DNA of 64,000 bases from Chiloscyllium plagiosum. Taxonomy: Eukaryota. A program made the translations under genes and the position numbers. This document shows positions 1 through 12,129 of this stretch, piece after piece. The first letter of the stretch is position 1. Each line of letters opens with the position of its first letter. The notes under the pieces are model-generated. The model did not search any database. It worked only from the letters and a program-made list of their open reading frames with translations, and was not told where the DNA came from. Location: the NCBI RefSeq assembly GCF_004010195.1, contig NC_057749.1, positions 22,092,045-22,156,044 of the forward strand, in the 5' to 3' direction.

Positions 1-3000
1 GGGCCTCTGTAACAGGCTCCGGGGTCTCTGTAACAGGCCCCGGGGTCTCTGTAACGGGTCCAGGGGCCTCTGTAACAGGCTCCGGGGTCTCTGTAACAGC
101 CTCCAGCGTCTCTGTAACAGGCACCGGGCTCTCTGTAACAGGCCCCAGGGTCTCTGTAACTATACCCAGGGTCTCTGTAACAGGCTCCGGGGCCTTTGTA
201 ACAGGCCCCAGGGTCTCTGTTACAGGCCAAAGGGTCTCTGTAACAGGCCCCAGGGTCTCTGTAACAGGCTCCGGGGTCTCTGTAACAGGCCCCGGGGTCT
301 CTGTAACAGGCCCCGGGGTCTCTGTAACAGGCCCCGGGGTCTGTGTAACAGGCTCCGGGGTCTCTGTAACAGTCCCCGGGATCTCCGTAACAGGCTCGGG
401 TGTCTCTGTAACAGGCCCCGGGGTCTCTGTAACAGGCCCCGGGGTCTCTGTAACAGGCTCCGGGGTCTCCATAACAGGCTCCGTGGTCTCTGTAACAGGC
501 TCTGGGGTCTCTGTAACACGCCCCGGGGTCTCTGTAACAGGCTCTGGGGTTTCTGTAACAAGCCCCAGGGTCACTGTAACAGGCTCCGGGGTCTCTGTAA
601 CAGGCCCCGGGGTCACTGTAACAAACTCCGGGGTCTCTGTAACAGGCTCCAGGGTCTCTGTAACAAGCCACAGGGTCTCTGTAACAGGTCCAAGGGTCTC
701 TGTAATAGGCTCTGGGGTCTCTGTAACTGGTCCCGGCGTGTATGTAATGGGTCCCGTGTCTCTGTAACGGGCACTGAGGTCTCTGTAATGGGCCCCAGGG
801 TCTCTGTAACGGGCTCTGGGTTCTCTGTAACAGGCTACGGGGCCTCTGTTACAGGCTCCAGGGCCTCTGTAACAGGCTCCGGGGTCTCTGTAACAGCCTC
901 CAGGGTCTCTGTAACAGGCCCCGGGGTCTCTGTAACGGGTCCAAGGGTCTCTGTAATAGGCTCCGGGGTCTCTGTAACAGCCTCCAGCGTCTCTGTAACA
1001 GGCCCCGGGCTCTCTGTAACAGGCCCCAGGGTCTCTGTAACTATCCCCAGGGTCTCTGTAACAGGCTCCGGGCCCTTTGTAACAGGCCCCAGGGTCTCTG
1101 TTACAGGCCAAAGGGTCTCTGTAACACGCTCCGGGGTCTCTGTAAAAGGCTCTGGGGTCTTTGTAACAGGCCCTTGGGTCTCTGTAACTATCCCCATGGT
1201 CTCTGTAACACACCCCGAGGTCTCTGTAACACGCCCTGGGGTCTCTGTAACAGGCTCCGGGGTCTCTGTAGCAGGCTCCGGGGTCTCTGTAACACGCCCT
1301 GGGGTCTCTGTAACTGTCTCCGGGGTCTCTGTAACTGTCCCCAGGGTCTCTGTAACTGTCCCCGGGGTCTCTGTAACAGGCTCCGGGGTCTCTGTAACAG
1401 GCCCCAGGGTCTCTGTAACAGGCTCCGGGGTCCCTGTAACTGTCCCCGGGGTCTCGGTAATGGGCTCCGGGGTCTCTGTAACATAACCCGAGGTCTCAGT
1501 AACAGTCTACGGGGTCTCTGTAACAGGCCCCGGGGTCTCTGTAACAGGCTCCGGGGTCTCTGTAACAGTCCCCGGAGTCTCTGTAACAGGCCCCGGGGTC
1601 TCTGTAACAGGCTCCGGGGTCTCCATAACAGGCTCCGTGGTCTCTGTAACACGCCCCGGGGTCTCTGTAACAGGCTCTGGGGTCTCTGTAACACGCCCCA
1701 GGGTCACTGTAACAGGCTCCGGGGTCTCTGTAACAGGCCCCGGGGTCACTGTAACAAGCTCCGGGGTCTCTGTAACAGACCCCGTGGTTTCTGTAACAGG
1801 CTTCGGCGTCTCTGTAACAGGCCCCAGTGTCTCTGTAACATGCTCCGGAGTCTCTGTAACACACCCAGGGGTCACTGTAACAGGCTCCGGGGTCTCTGTA
1901 ACAGGCCCCGGGGTCTCTGTAACAGGCTCCGGGGTCCCTGTAACTGTCCCCGGGGTCTCGGTAATGGGCTCCGGGGTCTTCCCGTGTCTCTGTAACGGGC
2001 GCTGAGGTCTCTGTAATGGGCCCCAGGGTCTCTGTAACGGGCTCTGGGTTCTCTGTAATAGGCTGCGGGGCCTCTGTTACAGGCTCCGGGGTCTCTGTAA
2101 CAGGCCCCAGGGTCTCTGTAACTATCCCCAGGGTCTCTGTAACAGGCTCTGGGGCCTCTGTAACAGGCCCCAGGGTCTCTGTTACAGGCCAAAGGGTCTC
2201 TGTAACATGCTCCGGGGTCTTTGTAACAGGCCCCAGGGTCTCTGTAACTATCCCCAGGATCTCTGTAACACACCCCGAGGTCTCTGTAACACGCCCTGGG
2301 GTCTCTGTAGCAGGCTCCGGGATCTCTGTATCAGGCTCCGGGGTCTCTGTAACACGCCCTGGGGTCTCTGTAACACGCTCCGGGGTCTCTGTATCAGGCT
2401 CCGGGGTCTCTGTAACACGCCCTGGGGTCTCTGTAACTGTCCCCGGGGTCTCTGTAACAAGCCCCAGTGTCTCCGGAACTGTTCCCGGGGTCTCTGTAAC
2501 AGGCTCCGGTGTCTCTGTAACATGCCCTGGGGTCTCTGTAACAGGCTCCGGGGTCTCTGTATCAGGCTCCGGGGTCTCTGTAACACGCCGTGGGGTCTCT
2601 GTAACTGTCCCCGGGGTCTCTGTAACAAGCCCCAGTGTCTCCGGAACTGTTCCCGGGGTCTCCGTAACAGGCCCCGGGGTCTCTGTAACAGGCCCTAGGG
2701 TCTCTGTAACAGGCTCCGGGGTCTCTGTAACACGTCCCGGGGTCTCTGTATCAGGCTCTGGGGTCTCTGTAACACGCCGTGGGGTCTCTGTAACTGTCCC
2801 CGGGGTCTCTGTAACAAGCCCCAGTGTCTCCGGAACTGTTCCCGGGGTCTCTGTAACAGGCTCCGGTGTCTCTGTAACAGGCCCCGGGGTCTCTGTAACA
2901 GGCCCTAGGGTCTCTGTAACAGGCTCCGGGGTCTCTATAACACGCCCCAGGGTCACTGTAACAGGCTCCGGGGTCTCTGTAACAGGCCCCGGGGTCACTG

Positions 3001-4080
3001 TAACAGGCTCCGGGGTCTCTGTAACAGGCTCCGGGGTCTCCATAACAGGTCCCAGAGTCACTGTAACAGGCTCCGCGGTCTCTGTAACAGGCCCCGGGGT
3101 CACTGTAACAGGCTCCGGGGTCTCAGTAACAAGTCCCGGAGTCACTGTAACAGGCTATGGGGCCTCTGTAACAGGCCCCGGGGTCACTGTAACAGGCTCC
3201 GGGGTCTCTGTAACAGGCTCCGGGGTCTCAGTAACAGGTCCCGGAGTCACTGTAACAGGCTCCGCGGTCTCTGTAACAGGCTCCGGGGTCTCTGTAACAG
3301 ACCCCGTGGTTTCTGTAACAGGCTTCGGCGTCTCTGTAACAGGCCCCAGTGTCTCTGTAACATGCTCCGGAGTCTCTGTAACACACCCAGGGGTCACTGT
3401 AACAGGCTCCGGGGTCACTGTAACAGGTCCCAGGGTCTCTGTAGCAGACCCCAGGGTCTCTGTAACAGGCTCTGGAGTCTCTGTAACAGGCTCTGGGTTC
3501 TCTGTAACTGTCTCCGGGGTCTCTGGAACGGTTGCTGAGGTCTCTGTAATTGGCCCCAGGGTCTCTCTAGCAGGCTCCTGGGTCTCTGTAACAGGCCCCG
3601 GGGTCTCCGTAACAGGCTCCGGGGTCTCTGTAACTGTCCCCGGGGTCTCTGTAACAGTCCCCAGGGTCTCTGTAACAGGCTCCGGGGTCTCTGTAAGGGG
3701 CTCCGGGGTCTCTGTAAAAGGCCCCAGGGTCTCTGTAACGGTGCCCGGGGTCTTGTAACAGGCCCCAGGGTCTCTATAACAGGCTCTGGGGTCTCTGTAA
3801 CAGGCCCCGGGGTGTCTGTAACGGGCCCCGGGGTCTCTGTCACGGGCCCCGGGGTCTCTGTAACGGGCTCCGGGGTCTCTATAACAGGCCCCGGGTTCAC
3901 TGTAACAGGCCCCAGGGTCTCTGTAGCTATCCCCGGGGTCTCTGTAACAGGCTCCAGGGCCTCTGTAACAGGCCCCAGGGTCTCTGTAACAGGCCCCGGG
4001 ATCTCTGTAACAGGCCCCGGGGTCTCTGTAACAGGCCCCGGGGTCTCTGTAACAGGCACTGGGTTCTCTGTAACTGGGCC
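1..4080. repeat. GC-rich 21-bp minisatellite, consensus GGGGTCTCTGTAACAGGC(T/C)CC, running off the left edge
   Basis: Direct 21-bp periodicity over about 4 kb. It generates the VSVTGSG / VTETPEP / CYRDPGA ORFs. Confidence 0.98.
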
Positions 4081-4460
4081 CTCCTGTTCTCCATCTGATG
4101 ATCCTCCCGATGCTGCCGACAGTCATCAGTTCTCGGGGTCCTCTGCTATCCTGTTTGCCGACGCCACTGCTCCTTCAGCCGAGCGGGGCTAGCCCTGGAC
4201 CTGGACCCTCGGCTCCGCCCGTGAGTCGGGGTGGGGTACTCAGTGTGGGACCTGGTCAATAATCACCAGGAGCCCCCGGGCTCGGGGAGGGAAATGTGTC
4301 CAGCTCCTCCTGTTGTAGCTGCTGCTGGAGGCCTCCTCCAGCCTCCAGGCATTAAAGAAAAGCAAAAAAGAGAAAACAAGCAAAAGCAATATATGGAGAA
4401 TAGGAGGAAGAGAAAGAAAGCAGATGAGTGTGGCCTAGCTACCGTTCCACCATCTTGAAT
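4081..4460 (-). mobile_element. Putative 5' head of a non-autonomous retroposon that carries the 21-bp array
   Basis: The minus strand starts CAAGATGGTGG, then a pyrimidine-rich tract, then a GC-rich leader into the array. The element at 21316-22374 has the same layout. Confidence 0.4.
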
Positions 4461-4614
4461 AATGTTAAATAAGCAGCAATTCTTCAGTAAGCTGGTGGAG
4501 GTTGTGGACATCTATAGAGGGTAAATAAAAATATCCAACCTACTTCAGAAAGGTACATTAAAGAGCTAACATACCTCAGCACAGACAAATCTTGAGAATA
4601 AAGACTAACTTGAT

Positions 4615-5012
4615 CATAGACTCATACAGTCACAGAGATGTACAGCATGGAAACAGACCCTTCGATCCAACACATCCATGCTGACCAGATATCACAACCT
4701 CATCTCGGCCCACCTGCCAGCACCCGGCCCATATCCCTCTAAACCCTTCCTATTCATATACCCATCCAGGTGCCTTTTAAATGTTGCAATTGTACCAGCC
4801 TCCATCACTTCCTCTGGCAGTTCATTCCACACACACATCACCCTCTGTGTGAAAATGTTGCCCCTTGGGTCCCTTTTATATCTTTCCCCTCTCACCCTAA
4901 ACCTATGCCTCTCTAGTTCTGGACTCCCCCACCCCAGGGAAAAGACTTTGTCTATTTACCCTATCCATGCCCCTCATGATTTTATAAACCTCTATAAGGT
5001 CACCCCTCAGCC
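4615..5012 (-). mobile_element. CR1/HER1 LINE 3' fragment
   Basis: Minus frame RGNIFTQRVMCVWNELPEEVMEAGTIATFKRHLD plus the family 3' tail; truncated by the gap. Confidence 0.9.
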
Positions 5013-5694
5013 NNNNNNNNNNNNNNNNNNNNNNNNNNNNNNNNNNNNNNNNNNNNNNNNNNNNNNNNNNNNNNNNNNNNNNNNNNNNNNNNNNNNNNNN
5101 NNNNNNNNNNNNNNNNNNNNNNNNNNNNNNNNNNNNNNNNNNNNNNNNNNNNNNNNNNNNNNNNNNNNNNNNNNNNNNNNNNNNNNNNNNNNNNNNNNNN
5201 NNNNNNNNNNNNNNNNNNNNNNNNNNNNNNNNNNNNNNNNNNNNNNNNNNNNNNNNNNNNNNNNNNNNNNNNNNNNNNNNNNNNNNNNNNNNNNNNNNNN
5301 NNNNNNNNNNNNNNNNNNNNNNNNNNNNNNNNNNNNNNNNNNNNNNNNNNNNNNNNNNNNNNNNNNNNNNNNNNNNNNNNNNNNNNNNNNNNNNNNNNNN
5401 NNNNNNNNNNNNNNNNNNNNNNNNNNNNNNNNNNNNNNNNNNNNNNNNNNNNNNNNNNNNNNNNNNNNNNNNNNNNNNNNNNNNNNNNNNNNNNNNNNNN
5501 NNNNNNNNNNNNNNNNNNNNNNNNNNNNNNNNNNNNNNNNNNNNNNNNNNNNNNNNNNNNNNNNNNNNNNNNNNNNNNNNNNNNNNNNNNNNNNNNNNNN
5601 NNNNNNNNNNNNNNNNNNNNNNNNNNNNNNNNNNNNNNNNNNNNNNNNNNNNNNNNNNNNNNNNNNNNNNNNNNNNNNNNNNNNNNNNNNNNNN
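5013..5694. other. Assembly gap
   Basis: N run. The right side begins with (TAATC)n, an HE1-type tail. Confidence 1.
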
Positions 5695-6643
5695 TAATCT
5701 AATCTAATCTAATCTAATCATGTCTGCACCTCTCCTTAGGTCCAGAATAGAGAGTAGGATTTCTGACAGCAAAAAACCTTAGCCACCAGCTGTTGTGTTT
5801 TTGTCAGCCATGATTGAATGGCGAAGCAGACTCGATGGGCTGAAAGGCCTAATTTCTGCTCGTCTGTCTTATGGTCTTGTCTCTACAGCATGTACAAGAT
5901 TCATCACTGTCTTATAAGAGTCACGTCTTGTTCTTCATCTGCGCCCCATAGTTCTAGTCTTCCCCTGCCAGAAGAAATAGACTCAATCTTTCAAACCTAT
6001 CATGTCCCCTCACAATCTTGTAGAAATAAAGTATCACCCAATAAGCTTCAAGGTCGAAAACATCGATCGCCAGCTCTATCTGTCCATCTGTGTGGATTTG
6101 GGAACGCGCAAGTGGGACACGACGGATTCCAGCAGGATCTGGGGCCCTGACATCAGGATCAAATGAGGGGGCAGAGCTCAGGGTGAGGCAATCATTCTCC
6201 CAGACGCAGGCTCCTAATTTCCCACCTATGTACTCGTCATCCTCATAATGACAGATGGCGATGAACCCCATCATGAGGATTAGCCATGGTCAATGGGGGT
6301 AGAGGTTTATTGTTATAAGGTGAGGAGCTGAGGGGAGTGCTTTGGAGGGTGTGGTTCTAACTTAGTGGGCTGAATGGCCTCTTTCGGCACTGTCGGGATT
6401 CTGTAGGTGAAAATCTTCATCCGTTCACTGAAGCCCCTGTGAAGTGTTCGTCTGGATAAAGGAGCGAATGTGGTGAAGATGCAATTTGTTCTTCTCCTGA
6501 GGGATTGCAGCTGAAATAACTCTACAGAGCTGGTATCCCGCCAGAAGTGCTCCTTTATTTACACGTGGAGAGTCCTTGACACTGATCTAGCTCCCTTGGA
6601 GCCAGCTCTCAGAGTGAACAGGATATCTGACACTCCTGTTTAT

Positions 6644-7025
6644 TTATTTTATTTTTTTTTAATAATTTAACCCCCACACTACCGCCTAAGTGCGGTAGTG
6701 CTTATTTTATCCCCAGCACCCATGGTGTGTGTGTGCAGGTGTGAGACACAGTGAAAGACACAAAGTGCACCAATCTTTATTCAAATTCCACCACCAGGAA
6801 GATAGGAAAACACCCGAGTGGCCAGTGACAAACACTGCCCTTCACATCAAAGGGCAATGCTGTGTGATCAAAACAGTGAAGGGGAGGGTAGGGACTAAAT
6901 CAAAATAGAGTTGGAGGGAGAAATGATGCACTCCACTCCCTGCGGCGCCCACCTCTCCCCGAACAACTCCAGGGTGTTGGTGGACACCGCGTGCTCCTTC
7001 TCCAAGGACACCCGGGCCCTAACGT
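6644..7025 (-). mobile_element. 5'-truncated Tx1/L1-clade LINE with poly(A) tail and 14-bp TSD
   Basis: TSD ACACTCCTGTTTAT at 6630-6643 and 7026-7039; minus frame VRARVSLEKEHAVSTNTLELFGERWAPQGVEC resembles a Tx1 ORF2 C-terminus. Confidence 0.85.
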
Positions 7026-7100
7026 ACACTCCTGTTTATATCTGCCAGCCAGGGCTCCCTGATTGGACCAGATAACAGCTCCAATCAGGGAACTCATATT

Positions 7101-8511
7101 AGAACATAGAGCAGAGAACAGCACAGCACAGTTCAGGCACTTTGGCCCCTGATGTTGGGCTGACCTTTTATCTTATTATAAGAACAAACTAACCTACATA
7201 CACTTCATTTTACTATCATCCACGTGCCTTTCCAAGAATCGCTTAAATATCCCTCATGTCTCTGACTCTATCACCACCGCTGTCAGTGCAATCCGTGCAC
7301 CCACCACCCTCTCTTTAAGAACCTACCTCTGACATCTCCCCTAAGCCTTCCTCCAATCACATTAAAATTATGTCCCCTTGTGATAGACATTTTCACCCTG
7401 AGAAAAAACCTCTGGCTATCCACACTATGCCTCTCATCATCTTGTACACCTCTATCAAGTCACCTCTCATCCTTCTTCACTCCAATGAGAAAAGCCCTAG
7501 CTTCCTCAACCTTTCTTCATAAGACACACCCTCCAGTCCAGGCAGCATCCTGGTAAGTCTCCCCTGCACCCTCTCTAAAGCTTCCACATCTTTCTTAAAA
7601 TGAGGCGACCAGAACCGAACACAATATTCCAAGTGTGGTCTAACCAGGGGTTTATAGAACTGCAGTGTAACCTCACGGCTCTTAAACTCAATCCCCCTGT
7701 TAATGAAAGCCAACACACCATACACCTTCTTAACAACCCTATCACATTGGTTGGCAACTTTGAGGGAGCAATGGATGTGGACCCCAAGATCCCTCTGTTC
7801 CTCCAAACTACCAAGAATCCTGCTTTTAACCCTGTAATCTACATTCCAATTCAACCTTCCAAAATGAATCACTTCACACTTTACCAGGTTGAACTCCACC
7901 TGCCACTTCTCAGCCCAGCTCTGCATCCTGTCAATGCCCTGTTATAACCTACAACAGCCCTCCACGCTATCCACAACTCCACCAACCTTCGCGTCATCAG
8001 CAAACTTATTAACCCACCCTTCCACTTCCTCATTTAAGTCATTTATAAATATCACAAAGAGCAGCGGTCCCAGAACACCACTGGTCACCGAGCTCCAGGC
8101 TGAATACTTTCCATCTACTATCACCCCATGTCTTCTATGAGCCAGTCAATTTTGTATCCAGACAGCCAAGTTTCCCTGTATCCCATGCCTCCTTTTTGAA
8201 TGAGCCTACCATGAGGAACCTTATCTCAATGAACAGTGAGAATCACTCTTGGTGTCAGGAATGACATTTTCTGCCCTCTCTTGTGGCATGTTTGAACATG
8301 GAAAGGTCTTTTAAGTTGACATATCTGATGCCCTTCTCCCCACTGTGAGGATTAGGCTGTGGGCCTTGCTAAAATCCATGTACACCATATCCACCGCTCC
8401 CCTTCATCAATGTGTTTTGTCAAATCCTCGAAGAACTCAATAAGGCTTGTGAGGCATGACCTATCCCTCATGAAGCCATACTGACTATGCTAATGAAACT
8501 ATGCTTTTCCA
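7101..8511 (-). mobile_element. CR1 LINE, 5'-truncated (RT and 3' end)
   Basis: VLGPLLFVIFINDL, KFADD, LVRPHLEYCVRFWSP; ATATT duplicated at 7096-7100 and 8512-8516. Confidence 0.93.
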
Positions 8512-9324
8512 ATATTTTATGAGGTTCACCTGGCTGACCTTGTTACAATCACTACAGTAGTTCAGACACGTGAATATATTGCTGATAACAGCGGGTGATA
8601 TTTTTAAGGGGCATTGGGGCATCTCATGTGAGAGTTTTAGTGAGAGAACCAATCAAGCAGTGGCATGGTCAATGGTAGGTTTTTGCCAGAATCAGGATCC
8701 TGGGGTGGGGGCAAGGGTAGAGATCTCGCACATCAGGGGTTGGCAACTCTTGTGCCTCACTGTGGCATCGGGGTGACTGTCTGCTACTGGAATGACAGGC
8801 AGTAGCATTTCAGGTTATGGTTAGGCCACAGCCCGGGAGTCGCAGGGAGAGGGACTGGAAGGAAGTTGGGAACAAGGACTTGGTGTCACTCTCAACAGGA
8901 CACCAATTCGAGTTCCTCAGCCAGGCACTGAGTGGCCTCGATTGAGGGCTCCTCCAAGAAATGGCAACTTAGCTGCACAGCTTTACCCACCATGCACCTT
9001 GCATGTTGCCAGGCCTACTATTAGCTTCATTGCAGTGGTCATTGAATGACTGATTCAGGGCATTAATTGGCAGCAGGGCAAATAGTCCACACCTTGGGGA
9101 TCCTAGCCCAGAGCCTAATCCTGGCAGAGGGGAGAAGGGTATTAGATATGCCAAACTAAAAGACCTTTCCACCTTCAAACATGCCACAAGAGAGGGCAGA
9201 AAATGTTGCTCCTGACACCAGGTGTGATTCTCACCATTCAGAATGCTTAAAGTTCATTCAAGTTCTTTGAGATCATGAATTACATACCCTTCCTGCTCCT
9301 TCTGCACTCTCTCTACCTTAATTG

Positions 9325-9575
9325 GAATTTACATTTGAGGGGTCTGTTCAACAGTCTGATAACAGCGGGGAAGAAGCTGCTCTTGAATCTGTTCACATGT
9401 GTATTCAAACTTTTATATCCTCGACCCGACAGAAGAGGGTGGGAAGATGGTATAATCGGGGTGGGAGGTGTCTTCGATTGTGTTGGCTGCTTTCCTGAGA
9501 CAACAGGAAGTGTCGATGGAATCATTGGCTAGAAGGCTGGTTTGCGCGATGGACTGGGCTGTGTTCACAACTCTC
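9325..9575 (-). mobile_element. Rex1/Babar-like LINE 3' fragment
   Basis: NRFKSSFFPAVIRLLN; homologous to 47030-47250. Confidence 0.75.
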
Positions 9576-9779
9576 TGCTGTATCGTTTCATTTTGGGAAG
9601 GTACTTCCCAGGACCATTACAATGTGTGACAATGAGCCACATAAGATGTGTTGTTGAGATGACCAAACACTGGATCAATGAGGTAGATTCTGAGCAGTGT
9701 CTTAAGGGAGGAAAGTGGGATGCAGAGGCAGGGAGGAAATTCCAGAGCTTGAGTACGGTGGGTAACTGAACACACTGTC

Positions 9780-10000
9780 ATTTCAGTAGAAGGAAGGCTC
9801 CTGTCTTCTCTCTCAGGTGGTCATAAAGGATCCCAAGGCAGGTTTACAAAGAAGGGCACTCTGCTCAATGCTTCCCCCTCTCAACCACTTCCAGAAAAAC
9901 AGAATACTTGCTCATGTTTACTTTGTTGCTTTGGTGGATCTTGTACAATTGGCTTCGGTGTTTCCTAAATGATGACGGTGGCTACACCAGCACAAACGTA
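9780..10000 (+). mobile_element. Old DeuSINE-like remnant (AmnSINE1/SacSINE1 type)
   Basis: CTCTCAGGTGG..AAGGATCCCAAGGCA...GGATCTTG..AATTGGCT..GTTTCCTA resembles the Deu domain as I recall it. Confidence 0.55.
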
Positions 10001-10104
10001 CTCAACTACTGGCCAAGTGATTCCACGCTCCGTGCTCATGAGCGGTACTATCCTTAAAGCCTGTAACATCTACTGCATTGCTTTCATCTTCTCTGTTAGT
10101 TCTC

Positions 10105-10392
10105 CGGAGAATTAGAACGGGGTTGAGAACAGAGTTGAGGAGAAACGTCTTCACCCAGAGAGTGGTGGGTGTATGGAATGTTCTGCCCCAGAAGGCTGCG
10201 GAGGCCAAGTCTTTGGATACTTTCAAGAAAGAGATGGATAGAGCTCTTAAAGGTAGTGGAATCAAGGGTTATGGGGATAAGGCAGGAATAGGATACTGAT
10301 TGTGGATGATCAGCCATGATCATAATGAATGGTGGGTGCTGGCTCGAAGGGCCGAATGGCCTACTTCTGCACCTATTGTCTATTGAATTGAA
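10105..10392 (+). mobile_element. CR1 LINE 3' fragment, second subfamily
   Basis: RRNVFTQRVVGVWNVLPQKAAEAKSLDTFKKEMD and tail GGCCGAATGGCCTAC. Confidence 0.88.
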
Positions 10393-11087
10393 TACAGTTG
10401 ATTTAACCTGACCCCACCCTTTGCCCTTTTTAGAAGTTCAAGCTGCATGCTTACATTTTATTTACGATCTCAACATATTGTGCTTTTAGCGATGATTCTG
10501 CTAGTTTTCCTACTGCTGACAATAGCTAATCGCCACGTCCTTCCCTCGATCGAATCCATCTCCCTTTTTGAAGATTAGTATCACATCTGCTGTTCTGCTA
10601 GTCCGCTGGCACTACAATAATGATACGTTCAAAAGGGATTAAGCTGTGCACCAATTCAGAAATGTTTCAATTAAAAAGAACCTCACCGACAAAAAAGCCT
10701 GTGAATAAACTTGCTCAAGTCCCCAGAGAGTAATTTGAAGATGCTGCCTCCTCTATTAACCCAGGCAGGTGGATAAAGCCTGGAATTTCAGGCTGAGACG
10801 CTGTGTGAGGTGACTGTGAACAGTGTGAGACCTCCTGTCAAAGCGCTGCCAATTTGGACAACCATTTAAAGAGAGGCAAACTGAAGTCTTGTTTGTGATA
10901 GATACCAACTCAGCTAATTACTGACCGAGATCCCAACACCTTGTTTCATGCTTGTTGAAAGTTGCCTTTAGATCAAACCCCATTCGCGCCCAGTGTCTGG
11001 TCTTCCTATTTCTCCCCACAATCCTGAAGTCATTTGCACCGTCCACTGAATCTTGAAATGTTACTGGCCCATCATAACTCACGAGCA

Positions 11088-11412
11088 AGCAATGTGGCTC
11101 AGTGGTTAGCATTGCTGCCCTCCCAGCAGTAGGGACCTGGGTTCAATTCCAGCCTTGGGCGACTGTCTGTGTGGAGTTTGCATGTTCTCCCCGTGTCTGT
11201 GTGGGTTTCCTCTGGGTGGTCTGGTTTCCTCTCATAATCCAAAAAATGTGCAGGTTAGGTGGAGTGTTCATAGATGTGTGGGTAAGGTCATTAGTATGGG
11301 GTAAATAATGGATAATATGATAGGGGAATGGGTCTGGGTGTGTTATTCTTTGGTGGGTCGATGTGGACGTTTTAGGCTGAGGGGCCTGTTTCCACACTGT
11401 AGGGATTCTATG
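11088..11412 (+). mobile_element. HE1-type V-SINE
   Basis: tRNA-like head TGGCTCAGTGG / GGTTCAATTCC, V-domain GTGTGGAGTTTGCA, HER1-type tail. Confidence 0.9.
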
Positions 11413-12129
11413 ATGAATGTTATTACTTACTTTGAAGAAGGTTTCCATTCTTACTCTCTTGATCTCTCTCTCTGTAATGAAGCTATTTTATTGCCTCGTG
11501 AGATGATCCGGAAGTGATGCAGGGGAACACACTACAGCATTGCTCCTTGATGGGAACATAGCTGCAACCCCCGCACCACGCCCCAGTCCCCCCAACCCTG
11601 CCACCTCAAATTCACTGCTTGCAACATTACGTTACAGAACATGAAGACAGACACCCACTGGTTATAAGACAACTTTCTGACCTTCCTGAAACAATGTAAA
11701 GATTCAAGTGTGTATCAGGCAGAGGCAGTGGCAAACCGAGTTAAATGGAAATCTCTTCAGAACACTTGTCAATTCAATATTGACAAGACAATCAAGTTTC
11801 TCTCCTTGAAACAACTGGGGTTACTACTTTGCTCATCAAGAAATTTCATCCCCCAGTTCTTTATTACCCATTATTAGCTCTGCATTCTCACTCTCTCTCT
11901 CTAGGGCCAACAATTCACTTTGGGTACTCTTTTCCTGTTCAGATACTGACAGAAACTCTTGCTGTCTGTTTTTTTTTTAATATTTCTAGCTTGCTTTCTC
12001 AAATGCTCTAATTTCTTTCCCCTGATTAACATTTTAGTTATTCTGTCATTCTTTACATTCTGAATAATAACGTGACCTGCCTCTTTACACAATTATATGT
12101 TTGCTACTTAATTTTGAAGTTTCATTCAC

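Larger units (their letters stand above)
6512..8556 (-). mobile_element. Gypsy-type solo LTR split by two nested LINE insertions
   Basis: Minus strand TGTAGTGATTG...AATAAA...TTATTTCA; degenerate 5-bp flanks GCAGC/GTAGT. Matches the LTR pieces at 12130-12217 and 16895-16960. Confidence 0.75.

Noticed and set aside
220..4192. Long ORFs (580, 549, 323 aa) as mucin-like or Cys-rich protein genes
   Set aside because: They are open in several frames on both strands because the unit is 21 bp. Frames shift mid-array, and I see no signal peptide or splice context.
4678..5697. 339-aa ORF
   Set aside because: Antisense CR1 sequence read through an N gap.
11088..11160. tRNA genes at SINE heads
   Set aside because: The A/B boxes continue into V-SINE bodies and tails, with no intact cloverleaf or terminator.
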